Counted from the first letter of the stretch, positions 30,687-42,166 are shown. The stretch is 64,000 nt of DNA from an uncultured cyanobacterium (GCA_963803805.1 CAWDOD010000002.1:800001-864000); one strand, 5' to 3'. Numbers and translations are program-made. The notes: a model not told the origin generated them from the letters alone.

Positions 30687-31715
30687 TTAAAAGTTATAGC
30701 CAACTCCTAATAATAATCCTACCGCCGGATTATCAAACAATGTGGCATTAATTGCCGCAGTAGCGGAAATATTACGAGACAAAGGTACATCAACTCCTCC
30801 TGTTGCTAAGAAGTCTACGCCAGAATCATCTCCTGTAGAAATAGCAGCACCTGCACCAATATAAGGGGAAATTCTCAAACCTAAATCTTCAGATACGCTT
30901 TCTGTTACTTCAGTAACTCCAGGAACAAAATCAAAGGTCACAGGTAATAAAATAGTCGCGTCGTCTGAGAATAAAACGGCAGGTCTGACAGAGATATTGC
31001 GAGTTACACCAATTTTACTAAAAATAGTAAAACTCGTATCTCCTAGAGCCGTATCTCCATCTCCTATGCCAATATTAGCACCAACACCAACATAGCTAGG
31101 TCCTGAACGAGTAGACCGACCGAAGTTAACATCACTTTGTCCTACAATAGTCTCATTTTCTGCGGATTGAGATGTTTGGGAGGGGGAGGTAGTAACAGCT
31201 AACAAAGAATCTTCAGTATTAGTTACTTCTAAATCGGCAGCAGTAGTAGAAATATCTTGCTGTTGGGATAAAGAATCTTCAGTATTAGTTACTTCTAAAT
31301 CGGCAGCAGTAGTAGAAATATCTTGCTGTTGGGATAAAGAATCTTCAGTATTAGTTACTTCTAAATCGGCAGCAGTAGTAGAAATATCTTGCTGTTGGGA
31401 TAAAGAATCTTCAGTATTAGTTGCTTCTAAATCAGCAACAGTAGTAGAAATATCTTGCTGTTGGGATAAAGAATCTTCAGTATTAGTTACTTCTAAATCA
31501 GCAACAGTAGTAGAAATATCTTGCTGTTGGGATAAAGAATCTTCAGTATTAGTTGCTTCTAAATCGGCAACAGCAGTAGAAATATCTTGTTTTTGAGATA
31601 AAGCGATCGCTTTGTTACTGAGAGGTGCAGATTCTGCTAAGGCTGCTGATAAACTGAAAGCAATAGATAAAACCGTAGTACCGAAAAAAGCACTCACTTT
31701 TTTTAGGAATTTCAT
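30687..31715 (-). CDS. Outer-membrane beta-barrel protein with N-terminal tandem repeats
   Basis: Signal peptide, amphipathic strands, C-terminal GVGYNF. Confidence 0.85.
   Translation of the reverse strand: MKFLKKVSAFFGTTVLSIAFSLSAALAESAPLSNKAIALSQKQDISTAVADLEATNTEDSLSQQQDISTTVADLEVTNTEDSLSQQQDISTTVADLEATNTEDSLSQQQDISTTAADLEVTNTEDSLSQQQDISTTAADLEVTNTEDSLSQQQDISTTAADLEVTNTEDSLLAVTTSPSQTSQSAENETIVGQSDVNFGRSTRSGPSYVGVGANIGIGDGDTALGDTSFTIFSKIGVTRNISVRPAVLFSDDATILLPVTFDFVPGVTEVTESVSEDLGLRISPYIGAGAAISTGDDSGVDFLATGGVDVPLSRNISATAAINATLFDNPAVGLLLGVGYNF
31204..31603. repeat. 66-bp tandem repeat, 6 copies (22 aa QQQDISTTAADLEVTNTEDSLS)
   Basis: AAAGAATCTTCAG starts at 31204, 31270, 31336, 31402, 31468, 31534. 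Confidence 0.95.
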
Positions 31716-31968
31716 AAGCTCTAAAGAAAAATCAATCAAGGAAAAGCTGACACATTAAAGTAGCCTTAATAACTCGAATTTAATTAAAGCTACGATTAAG
31801 ACTATCCACTATAACTTAACTTCTGTTCATCCTGGACTTTGTATTCCTTTAGACTGCTAAATAGTGTTCCCAAAAAAATTACAACTATATCCAAAGGATG
31901 ATACGGAAGATTGAAGCTAAAGAAGAAATTTCTTGCGCCAAAATACTACTCAATCAGCCTTTAGTATA

Positions 31969-33081
31969 TTATTTCAATTCCTCAAGCATTTTCTTTGTTT
32001 CCTTGATCCCTTCTTTGTTATCTTGAGAACGATATAACCTAAGAGCAGTTTCTAAACTTTCTTTAGCTTCGCGATCTCTAGATCTACTGTGTAAAGCAAC
32101 TCCTAAATTATAATGAGCATCGGGATTATCTGGGGCTAATTCTGCATAGCGGCGGAAAGCAATTATCGCCATCAGATAGTTTTCTTGATCCAGCATGATT
32201 TTACCGATCGCAGCCTGGGCTGAGGGAGAATCATCTTCTAGGCTGACAGCTTTTTGATAGGATGCTAAAGCCCCTGCGCTATCTCCTTGGGCTTGAAGAA
32301 TGTTACCAATTTGTAGGTAAATCTTAGAGTTGTTGGGGCTAAGTTTAGCAGCTTCTTGTAATTCTTTTAATCCTGCATCCACTTTGCCTTCTTGTAACAA
32401 AGCGATCGCTAACTGGAGGCGTAGGTTGCCGTTACCAGGGGAACGAGTAACAGCAGGTTGAAGGATTTCAATAGCTTCTTTATTACGTCCTTCTTCTAAA
32501 AGCGCCGCTCCAATAATTGTGTAACCTTCGCTATAACCGGGATCAATAGCAATGGCTTTTTTATAGGCTTCTACTGCGGCGCTATATTCCCCGGCACGAA
32601 GCAATACAACCCCTAAACCCATATGATTCTTAGGTTCGGTGGGGTTAAGCGAGATCGCTTGACGATAAGCATTTGCTGCGTTGCTGTTGTCCCCAGCATT
32701 GGCAAAGCTATAACCTAGAGCATAATAAAACTCCGCATTTTGGGGATCAAGGCGAACAGCTTGTTGATAGGCTTGTGCTGCTTGAGAATAGTTGCCTTGA
32801 CGAGCTTCTAGATAGCCAATGCCAGAGAAGATTTTGGCATTTTCTCTATCTAAGCTAGCTGCTTGTTGATAAGCTGCTACAGCGTTGGAGTAATTACCTT
32901 TGTCTGCATATTCTCTCGCCTGTCGTAATAGCTCATTAAGCCTTTCAGCATTAGGGTTGTTTTGGGCTAATAAAACAGGTTCGTTTGCTTGGGCGATCGC
33001 GGGGGCAAAAATACCCCAACTAGCCAAGCAGAGACTAGCAACAAGAGAAATACTAGATTTAGTAAAGATTTTTTGTGACAC
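31969..33081 (-). CDS. Secreted TPR-repeat protein
   Basis: Signal peptide; repeated 34-aa A..AY.QA..LDP units. Confidence 0.92.
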   Translation of the reverse strand: MSQKIFTKSSISLVASLCLASWGIFAPAIAQANEPVLLAQNNPNAERLNELLRQAREYADKGNYSNAVAAYQQAASLDRENAKIFSGIGYLEARQGNYSQAAQAYQQAVRLDPQNAEFYYALGYSFANAGDNSNAANAYRQAISLNPTEPKNHMGLGVVLLRAGEYSAAVEAYKKAIAIDPGYSEGYTIIGAALLEEGRNKEAIEILQPAVTRSPGNGNLRLQLAIALLQEGKVDAGLKELQEAAKLSPNNSKIYLQIGNILQAQGDSAGALASYQKAVSLEDDSPSAQAAIGKIMLDQENYLMAIIAFRRYAELAPDNPDAHYNLGVALHSRSRDREAKESLETALRLYRSQDNKEGIKETKKMLEELK

Positions 33082-33601
33082 GGCTGGATTTATTAGTAGT
33101 GTGAGTTAGAATTTTCCTAGGACAGAAAAAGCTCTGTAACTTTTTAATCCTTGGGTTTTAGGGACTAGGTAAACCGTTAAGTTAACTAGAAAACCTAAAA
33201 GCTGAGGAAAATATATGGAGGTCAGTTGATGATTGTACAGCAACTGACCAAATTCTCATACCCATATTTACAGAGTTGAGATTATTAAATCCTGATATAA
33301 GTTCAACTAATTTCCTTAAAGTGCGATTTCATCTCAATAAACTAACTTAAATAGATGAATTTTGGCTCTAAATAAGGTAAAGAAGTGGTGATTTAGTAAG
33401 GAAAGAGAAGGATTTATTGATATTTTCCTTGTTTTAATTTCAGCTTATTAATCTCGTCACTTGCGCCAATCTTTTTCCTTTCAAAAAATAAAAGTCTTGT
33501 TCTCAGTACATCTGTATTTCTACTCTTAGTCAGAGTTTCAGAAATAAAGGAAAAAGGTGTAACGAGTTTATAATTCCCCTCTGCTTCCATTGAAAAGATT
33601 T

Positions 33602-34744
33602 TTAAATTAAAAAATTATTACCATCTAAATCATCTCTTAATTCGGGATAATATATTGGGTTAACTTGAAGTAATGTTCCTTCTTTGTTAACCACACCAGA
33701 ACGATATAAAACTTGGATAAGATTTTGAACAATATCTTCATCATCTCCCAAACTATAGGCTAAATGAGGCAAGGTAATTACTCCGTGGAGTAGTAGGGAA
33801 AAAAGTAGATAATGTTGGTTATGGGATAAACTTGGTAAATCTGGTAAGTAGGGATTTTCTACTTTGATAGTTGCAGATTCCTCCTGTGATTCAGAATTGT
33901 TAACCTCATAGCTTAGAGAATCTAAAAATAGTTGTTTAGCGACACTACTTATCCCCCTCGACCTAACAGTTAATTTTTTAAAATACTTTTGTTGTGCTGT
34001 TTCTCGTTCTTCTTTTGCTAATTTATCACTAAAACCTATCTTTGCTTCAGTAATAATTGGAGCTAACCAAGCTTGCAAGTCTTCTTCTTCTAAGGTAGGT
34101 AAAGAGAAAGTTTGGTCAAAATAGGCTTCTATTTTATCTACGTAATCAAGATATTGCCAACTAACCTGTTGAGCGCCAATTAACCAAAAGCGAGAACGAT
34201 CTTTGAGTACGATATCTCTTAAGTAATCAATACCATCAAGGCCTTCCACACCCCGCAAGAAACACCAACTCAAGTTCGGAATAACCACAATTTCTTCATG
34301 TCCTTCTTTCATAACTAAGGTTGCTCTTCCTAATTGGGAGCGCAGTTTTTCTGGTATATTCCTAAAATCATCGGGGCGCTCATTCCAGGGCAACCATTTA
34401 CAAGAAATATGCAGTTTTTCTGGTAATTGGTTTAAACCTTCTGTGAACAAAGAAAATACTGATTCTACCGGATTAGTTAAGACCACTAAACTATTAGAAG
34501 AAGTAGCCGGATATTCGCGCCATTTCTCTAAAGCTGCTTCTAAAACTGTTTGAAAATCCTCCTGTTGATTGGGAGGATTTGGCAAGCTTTCTACCAGCTT
34601 AGTAAGATGTTGAAAAAGCTCTGGGGGCAATTTGGTGAGGTTTTCTTCAGGTGCTGTTTCCTCTTTATCTCCAAAAAACAAAGGTTTAATGTCTTTATAG
34701 GTGTTATGCCACCAAGTTTCTAGATAGTCAAAGGGATTGAACAT
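33602..34744 (-). CDS. Hypothetical protein, possible degenerate NTPase-like core with C-terminal winged helix
   Basis: 380-aa ORF; C-terminal LLLHG.ITL..LA.SLG.....LIQVLYRSGVV. Confidence 0.7.
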   Translation of the reverse strand: MFNPFDYLETWWHNTYKDIKPLFFGDKEETAPEENLTKLPPELFQHLTKLVESLPNPPNQQEDFQTVLEAALEKWREYPATSSNSLVVLTNPVESVFSLFTEGLNQLPEKLHISCKWLPWNERPDDFRNIPEKLRSQLGRATLVMKEGHEEIVVIPNLSWCFLRGVEGLDGIDYLRDIVLKDRSRFWLIGAQQVSWQYLDYVDKIEAYFDQTFSLPTLEEEDLQAWLAPIITEAKIGFSDKLAKEERETAQQKYFKKLTVRSRGISSVAKQLFLDSLSYEVNNSESQEESATIKVENPYLPDLPSLSHNQHYLLFSLLLHGVITLPHLAYSLGDDEDIVQNLIQVLYRSGVVNKEGTLLQVNPIYYPELRDDLDGNNFLI

Positions 34745-34871
34745 TTATCATTAAACATTTCTAGATTTTAGATTTAATTTAAGCTGGTACGTACTCAAAC
34801 TGATCCCAATGATACAGGGGACAAATTCTCGGACGACGCTAAAATATTAAGGACTGTTAAATGCTGTCTTT

Positions 34872-37766
34872 ATGTCTCATCCTCTCAATATCTCAGATTC
34901 CTTACCTCATACTAATCAAAATGGCTCTCGTGGTGAAAGTCGTAATACTATTCGTATTCGCGGTGCAAGGCAGCATAACCTGAAAAACATTGACTTAGAA
35001 ATTCCCCGCGATCGCTTGATTGTATTTACAGGGGTTTCTGGTTCAGGAAAGTCTTCTTTAGCTTTTGATACCATTTTTGCTGAAGGGCAACGTCGCTACG
35101 TCGAGTCCCTCAGCGCCTATGCTAGACAATTTTTAGGACAGTTGGATAAGCCCGATGTTGATGCCATTGAAGGGTTAAGCCCCGCTATATCCATTGACCA
35201 AAAGTCTACCTCCCATAACCCTCGTTCTAGTGTGGGTACGGTTACGGAAATTTATGACTATTTGAGGTTATTATTCGGTAGGGCAGGAGAACCCCACTGT
35301 CCGGTTTGTGATCGCAATATTGCCCCCCAAACCATTGATGAAATGTGCGATCGCATCACTGAACTTCCTGATGGGACTCGCTTTCAAATTTTAGCCCCAG
35401 TAGCAAGAGGGAAAAAAGGAACCCACAAAAAACTAATCTCTGCCCTCGCAGCAGAGGGTTTTGTGAGAATCAGGGTAGATGGAGAAATTCGCGAACTTAG
35501 TGATGCTATTGAATTAAACAAAAACCATAAACATGATCTCGAAATTGTCGTAGATCGTTTGGTGAAAAAGCCTGATATCCAGGAACGCTTAGCTGATTCT
35601 TTAGCTACTTGTTTAAGGCGAGCTGAAGGTATTGCAGTTATTTTAACCGTACCAAAAGAAGGAAGCGAAGAACAGGCAAAGGAGATAGTCTTTTCAGAGA
35701 ACTTTGCCTGCCCAGAACATGGGGCAGTAATGCAGGAACTCTCTCCCCGGTTATTTTCTTTTAACTCCCCTTATGGCGCTTGTCCTAGCTGCCACGGTTT
35801 GGGTAACTTAAGAAAGTTTTCTCCAGAGTTAATTATACCAGACCCAGAAAAGCCAGTTTATGCCGCGATCGCTCCTTGGTCAGAAAAAGATAATACCTAT
35901 TATCTCTCCCTTTTATTTGGGGTAGCCAAAGCCTATGATTTTGAAATTGCTACCCAGTGGAAAAATCTTACCCCGCAACAACAAGAAGTTCTGCTTTATG
36001 GTAGCGATGAAGAAATTTATATTGAAGGAGAAACCTACAAAGGCGATCACCGGGGTTATCATAAGCGTTATGCTGGCATCTTACCCATGTTGGAGCGCCA
36101 ATACGAATCTTCTTCCGATAAATATAAAGAAAAGTTAGAACAGTATTTAGTTAACCAAACTTGCGAAGCTTGTCAGGGTAAGCGCCTGAAACCAGAATCT
36201 TTAGCTGTACGGTTGGGGCAATGCCGAATCACCGATTTAACTGCGGTGAATATCAATCAGTGCATAGCTAAAATCAGCAACCTACAACTTTCCCCTCGCC
36301 AAGCACAAATTGGGGATTTAGCCCTTAAAGAAATTAAAGCCCGGTTGCAATTTCTTTTGGATGTGGGCTTAGATTATCTTACCTTGGATAGGGCAGCGAT
36401 GACCCTTTCGGGGGGGGAAGCACAACGCATCCGTTTAGCAACGCAAATTGGGGCAGGCTTAACGGGGGTACTTTATGTTTTAGATGAACCTAGCATCGGT
36501 TTACATCAACGGGACAACAACCGCTTACTAAACACCCTCAAAAAGCTGCGAGACTTAGGTAATACCTTAATTGTGGTAGAACATGATGAAGAAACTATCC
36601 GCAATGCTGACCAAATTGTTGATATTGGCCCCCATGCTGGTATTCATGGGGGCGAGGTGGTGGTACAAGGTGATTTAAAGGCTTTACTAAAAAATAAAAA
36701 GTCCCTCACCGGGGCTTATTTGTCTGGTAGAAAGGCGATTCCCACTCCTACTGAACGCCGTGAAGGTAAAGGACGTTCCTTAGTTCTCAAAGATTGCGAT
36801 CGCAATAACCTCAAACATATTGATGTAGAAATACCTTTAGGAAAACTAGTTTGCATCACTGGGGTTTCTGGTTCCGGCAAATCCACTTTAGTTAACGAAC
36901 TCCTCTATCCTGCCCTCAAACATCATTTAACTAAAAATAAACCTTTTCCCAAAAATCTCGGTAAAATTAAAGGTTTGCAAGCTATTGATAAAGCGATTGT
37001 CATTGATCAATCTCCCATTGGTAGAACTCCTCGTTCCAATGCTGCCACTTACACAGGAGTTTTTGATGTCATCCGTAGTATCTTTGCTGAAACCATTGAA
37101 GCAAAAGCCAGGGGTTACAAACCAGGGCGCTTTTCTTTTAATGTTAAAGGGGGAAGGTGTGAAGCTTGTGGGGGACAGGGAGTTAACGTGATTGAAATGA
37201 ACTTCTTGCCTGATGTATATGTGCAGTGCGAAGTTTGTAAAGGTGCGCGCTACAACCGAGAGACTTTGCAAGTTAAATTCAAAGATAAATCCATCGCTGA
37301 TGTTCTAGCCATGACAGTGGAGGAAGCTTTGGAAACCTTTAAAAATATTCCCAGGGCGGCAAGCCGTTTGCAAACCTTATTAGATGTGGGTTTGGGCTAC
37401 ATTAAATTAGGACAACCTGCCCCTACTTTATCAGGGGGAGAAGCCCAGCGAGTTAAGTTAGCTTCAGAATTATCCCGCCGCGCCACGGGCAAAACCCTTT
37501 ATTTAATCGATGAACCCACCACAGGTTTGTCTTTTTATGATGTCCATCACCTTTTAAATGTCTTGCAACGTTTGGTAGATAAAGGCAATTCTATTTTAGT
37601 AATTGAACACAACTTAGATGTGATTCGTTGTGCTGACTGGATTGTTGATTTGGGGCCAGAAGGAGGCGATCGCGGGGGAGAAATCATTGCTGTAGGAACC
37701 CCGGAAACTGTTGCTAAGGAGGAAAAATCTTACACCGGGCATTATTTAAAGCAGGTTTTAACTTAA
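34872..37766 (+). CDS. uvrA: Excinuclease ABC subunit A
   Basis: Two GVSGSGKS Walker A, two LSGGEAQR signatures, zinc-finger CxxC pairs. Confidence 0.98.
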   Translation: MSHPLNISDSLPHTNQNGSRGESRNTIRIRGARQHNLKNIDLEIPRDRLIVFTGVSGSGKSSLAFDTIFAEGQRRYVESLSAYARQFLGQLDKPDVDAIEGLSPAISIDQKSTSHNPRSSVGTVTEIYDYLRLLFGRAGEPHCPVCDRNIAPQTIDEMCDRITELPDGTRFQILAPVARGKKGTHKKLISALAAEGFVRIRVDGEIRELSDAIELNKNHKHDLEIVVDRLVKKPDIQERLADSLATCLRRAEGIAVILTVPKEGSEEQAKEIVFSENFACPEHGAVMQELSPRLFSFNSPYGACPSCHGLGNLRKFSPELIIPDPEKPVYAAIAPWSEKDNTYYLSLLFGVAKAYDFEIATQWKNLTPQQQEVLLYGSDEEIYIEGETYKGDHRGYHKRYAGILPMLERQYESSSDKYKEKLEQYLVNQTCEACQGKRLKPESLAVRLGQCRITDLTAVNINQCIAKISNLQLSPRQAQIGDLALKEIKARLQFLLDVGLDYLTLDRAAMTLSGGEAQRIRLATQIGAGLTGVLYVLDEPSIGLHQRDNNRLLNTLKKLRDLGNTLIVVEHDEETIRNADQIVDIGPHAGIHGGEVVVQGDLKALLKNKKSLTGAYLSGRKAIPTPTERREGKGRSLVLKDCDRNNLKHIDVEIPLGKLVCITGVSGSGKSTLVNELLYPALKHHLTKNKPFPKNLGKIKGLQAIDKAIVIDQSPIGRTPRSNAATYTGVFDVIRSIFAETIEAKARGYKPGRFSFNVKGGRCEACGGQGVNVIEMNFLPDVYVQCEVCKGARYNRETLQVKFKDKSIADVLAMTVEEALETFKNIPRAASRLQTLLDVGLGYIKLGQPAPTLSGGEAQRVKLASELSRRATGKTLYLIDEPTTGLSFYDVHHLLNVLQRLVDKGNSILVIEHNLDVIRCADWIVDLGPEGGDRGGEIIAVGTPETVAKEEKSYTGHYLKQVLT

Positions 37767-37907
37767 AAAGTCTGTTTGGTATTCACCTTTTCAGGTTTTT
37801 TTAGCAAAGTTAAATACGACTCTTAATTTCGCTGTTTTTTCTATTTAAAGGAGTTTGTTAAACTACTTAAGGATCTTGGTTAGAAAAAACCTAATAAACA
37901 ATCAAAG

Positions 37908-39728
37908 ATGAGAACTGCACCAAAAATTGAGTCTAGTAATCTAAGTATCGCTGATTTATTTAGAGACTTCTACTCAGTACCTGACTTCCAGAGAGAGTAT
38001 GTATGGCAAAAATCCAATGTTGAGAGATTGCTATCAGATATTTATTATGAACTTTATGAAGAAGATGTAGCTCTAGATGATACTGAGTATTTTTTGGGTT
38101 CCATTGTAGTTTTCCGAGATGAAGATAAAACTTTTCAGTTGATTGATGGTCAACAAAGACTAACAACTATATATTTAATTTTTTGTGTTGTTCGCAACTT
38201 GATTGTAGATTTAGGTAGTAAGTCTAGAGCTTTAGATGATTTGATAGCTGGGGTTACTCAAGACATGAAAACTGGAGAAGATATTAGCCGAGATCATCTC
38301 TCTCTTCAGTACGATAGCGATAGTGCAAAATTTCTTGCCAATCTTGCTGATAAAAAGTTAGTTGGTAGCCAGATTGATAATAATTCTAGCTCAGTTGGTA
38401 ATTTGTTTGAAGCTACTAAAATAATCCAAAATTTTGTTAATGAACGATTTATCAAAGAGCCGAAACATCTCAAACAGTTTTCTTCCGCTTTAAGTAATAA
38501 AGTAAAGGTAATTAGAATAGAAACTCCTAATTTGAGTAATGCTCTAAGAGTTTTTGAAACAATTAATGAACGAGGCATAGGTCTAACACCAATCGATTTG
38601 CTGAAAAACTATTTGTTTATAAATATTTCTCCTGAAAGAAGCGTTAAGAGGCAATGGTCAAGTCTCAAATCGAGATGGGATAAATTACTAAAAAACTTAT
38701 ATAACAAAAAGGAGAAAGAGAAACCTACACGTTTTCTTCGCTACTATATTATGTCCCATTATAATGTTGATCTAAAAAATGGTTTTCCTGAAGAAGATAT
38801 ATACAACTGGTTCGTGAAGGAAGAATCATATCATAGAATACATCAAGACCCCATAAAGTTTGTTGATGAGTTAATAAAAGCTAGCCAACATTATCGAATG
38901 TTCAAAGAAGGAAAAAACACCGATGGTTCACATAATAGGTACTTGGGTAACATAGAAGAGTTTCGGGGGCGTAATAGTCAATACTTCATATTACTTTTAG
39001 CCGGCAGGCATTTAGAGAAAGATTTGTTTGTCAAACTATGCGAGCAAGTAGAAAACTTGCTTTTTATCTATACTTTTATCCGTAAGGGCAGGAGTAAAGA
39101 CGTTAACCTTACTCGTATATTTTCTCAGTGGAGTGAAAAACTGCACTCAATAAGAAATGCTGAACAGCTATCGACTTTTATAGAAGAGCATTTCAAAAAA
39201 ACAGTTGATTCTTGGAGTTCTGAATTTGAAACCTTTTTCAAGGGATTAACGGAATTAGATATAGCTAAGTACCGACTTCGTTATATTTTGGCCAAACTAA
39301 GTCAATTTGTAGATGAAAAAGCTTATAGTGGTTACAAACCTTTAAATTCCTATCTGACTAAATCTACGCATATTGAACATATATTACCTCAATCGAGAAA
39401 AATTGATCTAATTGATAATTTTGATCAGCCAGAAGAATATGATTACTATGTTAAAAAACTTGGTAATTTGACGCTATTAGAAAATTCAATTAATAGTTCT
39501 ATTTCTAATAAGCCGTATGAACTAAAAAAGCAAGGTTATCGACATTCGCAAATGTTGATAACTAGGTCTTTAGTTGAAAAGCCAAATGTAGGTAGCAACA
39601 CCCAAATAAACCGCAGTGTAGAAAATCTAGAACTTGAACAATATGATGATTGGACATCTGGTTCTATAGACAAACGTCAAGATAAATTAGCAAATTTAGC
39701 CAAAAAAGTTTGGGGTTTGTCTTCTTGA
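37908..39728 (+). CDS. DUF262 + DUF1524 (GmrSD-like) nuclease
   Basis: VPDFQREYVW, IDGQQRLTT, FETINERG; IEHILPQ...LGNLTLL...N HNH. Confidence 0.9.
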   Translation: MRTAPKIESSNLSIADLFRDFYSVPDFQREYVWQKSNVERLLSDIYYELYEEDVALDDTEYFLGSIVVFRDEDKTFQLIDGQQRLTTIYLIFCVVRNLIVDLGSKSRALDDLIAGVTQDMKTGEDISRDHLSLQYDSDSAKFLANLADKKLVGSQIDNNSSSVGNLFEATKIIQNFVNERFIKEPKHLKQFSSALSNKVKVIRIETPNLSNALRVFETINERGIGLTPIDLLKNYLFINISPERSVKRQWSSLKSRWDKLLKNLYNKKEKEKPTRFLRYYIMSHYNVDLKNGFPEEDIYNWFVKEESYHRIHQDPIKFVDELIKASQHYRMFKEGKNTDGSHNRYLGNIEEFRGRNSQYFILLLAGRHLEKDLFVKLCEQVENLLFIYTFIRKGRSKDVNLTRIFSQWSEKLHSIRNAEQLSTFIEEHFKKTVDSWSSEFETFFKGLTELDIAKYRLRYILAKLSQFVDEKAYSGYKPLNSYLTKSTHIEHILPQSRKIDLIDNFDQPEEYDYYVKKLGNLTLLENSINSSISNKPYELKKQGYRHSQMLITRSLVEKPNVGSNTQINRSVENLELEQYDDWTSGSIDKRQDKLANLAKKVWGLSS

Positions 39729-39893
39729 AGCAAGTTTGTTTAAATGGTCAGTACTCTCCCCTTGAAACCTTACTAATACATGGGCATAAACTTATGTGCG
39801 TTTAAACCATATTATTAATATAGAAAATAAAACCTGAAACTTTCTTCCTTCTACCTATCTTCAAGTTAGCATTACCAAGAAGTTAAAAAAGCG

Positions 39894-39939
39894 AGGAAAA
39901 ATAGGTAAAGAAGTTCTTTTTTCTCCTCCTATTTTTCCT
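39894..39939. terminator. Inverted repeat between convergent genes
   Basis: AGGAAAAATAGG ... CCTATTTTTCCT. Confidence 0.5.
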
Positions 39940-40005
39940 ACAACCTTCAAGCATTGTGTAACTCAATAAAACCCTGCTCTCTCTAAGTAATAAGCAAGTT
40001 ATTAT

Positions 40006-41208
40006 TTAACTGCGGGTTTTTTCTGCCCAAACTTTGGTAGACATTCCCCAAATATAAATAAAGCCTTCTGCTGCCTTGTGGTCGAACTTATCATCTGCAC
40101 CATAGGTAGCTAAATCAGGGGAATAGATAGAATGATCTGATTGACGACCAACTACCCTAGCACTACCTTTAAATAATTTCACCCTAACTGTGCCAGAAAC
40201 TCGTTCTTGTGTTTCTTGGATAAAGGCATCAAGGGCCGCTTTTAAAGGAGAGTACCATAAGCCCTTATAAATAAGTTGACTATAGGTTTCTTCGATACCC
40301 CGCTTATATTGGGTAACATCGGCGGTTAAGGTTAAACTTTCCAAATCACGATGGGCATCTATCAAGACTGAAAGGGCTGGTACTTCATAAATTTCTCGCG
40401 ATTTAATCCCTACCACCCGATTTTCAATCATGTCAATGCGCCCTACGCCATGATTACCGACGATTTCGTTGAGTTGAGAAATTAAGGCGACAGGATCAAG
40501 TTGCTTTCCGTTAATAGCAACGGGAAGTCCTCTCTCAAAACCAATTTCTACATATTCTGGTTCATTGGGGGTATCGGCGATCGCCTTAGTCATGACAAAA
40601 ACTTCTTCAGCCGCTTCTGTCATCGGATCTTCAAGGGGACCCGCTTCAATACTGCGACCAAGTAAGTTACGATCAATGCTATAGGGGGAAGACTTCTTTA
40701 CGGGGGCCGGAATACCAAAACGTTCTCCATAAGCAATGGTTTCCTCACGACTCATACCCCATTCCCTAGCAGGGGCTAGTACCTTAAGATCGGGGTTGAG
40801 GGCCATAATTGCCACATCAAAGCGAACTTGGTCATTACCTTTCCCTGTACAACCATGAACTACGGCATCCGCCCCATGTTCAACTGCTGCATCCACTAAA
40901 AGTTTAGCAATTAAAGGACGGGCTAAAGCAGTGGAAAGAGGATAGCGATTTTCATAGAGGGCATTAGCTTGTAAGGCAGGAAAAGCATAATCTTTGATAA
41001 AAACAGTAGTTGCATCAGCTACTAATGATTTAGCAGCCCCTGAAGTGAGGGCTTTTTCCTTAATTGGCCCTAACTCTTCTCCTTGCCCCAAATCTGCGGC
41101 TAAGGTAATAACCTCTTTAACACCCCATTCTTCCTTGAGGTAAGGAATACAAACTGAAGTATCTACACCACCAGAATAAGCGAGTATAACTTTATTAGCG
41201 CGACTCAT
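40006..41208 (-). CDS. argG: Argininosuccinate synthase
   Basis: [32 protein letters not shown]. Confidence 0.98.
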   Translation of the reverse strand: MSRANKVILAYSGGVDTSVCIPYLKEEWGVKEVITLAADLGQGEELGPIKEKALTSGAAKSLVADATTVFIKDYAFPALQANALYENRYPLSTALARPLIAKLLVDAAVEHGADAVVHGCTGKGNDQVRFDVAIMALNPDLKVLAPAREWGMSREETIAYGERFGIPAPVKKSSPYSIDRNLLGRSIEAGPLEDPMTEAAEEVFVMTKAIADTPNEPEYVEIGFERGLPVAINGKQLDPVALISQLNEIVGNHGVGRIDMIENRVVGIKSREIYEVPALSVLIDAHRDLESLTLTADVTQYKRGIEETYSQLIYKGLWYSPLKAALDAFIQETQERVSGTVRVKLFKGSARVVGRQSDHSIYSPDLATYGADDKFDHKAAEGFIYIWGMSTKVWAEKTRS

Positions 41209-41506
41209 ATATCTTTGACCCTGAAAAACAACTAATCGGTTATTGTAACCATTTGCGGTACTTTAAATGACTATACAGGGGAGGAAGATACACTACTGTT
41301 TTAGTTGGCTACAATAACAAAAGAAGTTGCTTAATATCCTGTCAGGGTTAGGAAAATAAGCTTTCTTCATCATATTAGTTTGACTAGTTAGCTACCCAGA
41401 AAATTGATTTCTTAGATGATGCTATCTTGACAAAAAAACTAGATAGTTCACACAATACCCCTTTGTCAATAGCAAGGTTTAAGCGTAATAGTTAATTCTC
41501 AAGCCT

Positions 41507-42094
41507 ATGACTCATACTACAGAACAACTGATTCAGATTTTAGAGCAGGAACTCCAAGCTAATTGGAAAGGAGAAAGGATTCTATTATCTTGGCAAAATA
41601 GGATTAATGATCCTGTGGTTTCTAGGGCCTTAGACCCAAAAAAAATTAGTAAAGTGTTTGCTTATCGGGAGTTTCGCACCCAAATTCATGAATATCAAAG
41701 AGAGAACCATGTTTCTGGGATTATCTGGCGGGTTTCTAACTTTGACGGTAAATCCTTGAAATTCCCTGAATTACATAATGAATTAGTTGCCATACCAGGA
41801 GATAAACAAATTCTGACAGCAGCGAAGGAAGCAATTTTAGATTTTTGGGGGCAAGTTACCGAAGGTTTGAATTTTTGGCTAGCAACTAAAGAACGCAGGC
41901 GCATTTCTCCTGAGTTTTTAAGGGAATTAACTCAACAAGCAGAATGGGCTGAAATTAACGCCGCTAGGACGGAAATTTATCTTGGTTTATGTTGGGGAAA
42001 CCCAGAAAAACATCGTTATGAGTGGGCCCGTCCTCATTCTGGTTGTAACCAAATTATTGCTACGGTGAGTGAACCTAGCTCAATTAAAATTTAA
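41507..42094 (+). CDS. Conserved hypothetical protein
   Basis: 195-aa ATG ORF; IHEYQ...VSGIIW pattern. Confidence 0.75.
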   Translation: MTHTTEQLIQILEQELQANWKGERILLSWQNRINDPVVSRALDPKKISKVFAYREFRTQIHEYQRENHVSGIIWRVSNFDGKSLKFPELHNELVAIPGDKQILTAAKEAILDFWGQVTEGLNFWLATKERRRISPEFLRELTQQAEWAEINAARTEIYLGLCWGNPEKHRYEWARPHSGCNQIIATVSEPSSIKI

Positions 42095-42166
42095 GAAGAA
42101 GGGAGCAGTGGAGTAAGTAATAAGTAACAAGTAATAAGTCAAACTACTATTGCAACATTGCTCAAC

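Noticed and set aside
31204-31603. CRISPR-like periodicity
   Set aside because: Units are contiguous with no unique spacers and lie in frame in a CDS
34786-34795. LexA box upstream of uvrA (GGTACGTACT)
   Set aside because: Lacks the 4-nt spacer of RGTAC-N4-GTWC; a near match at about 33505-33518 is too far away to assign
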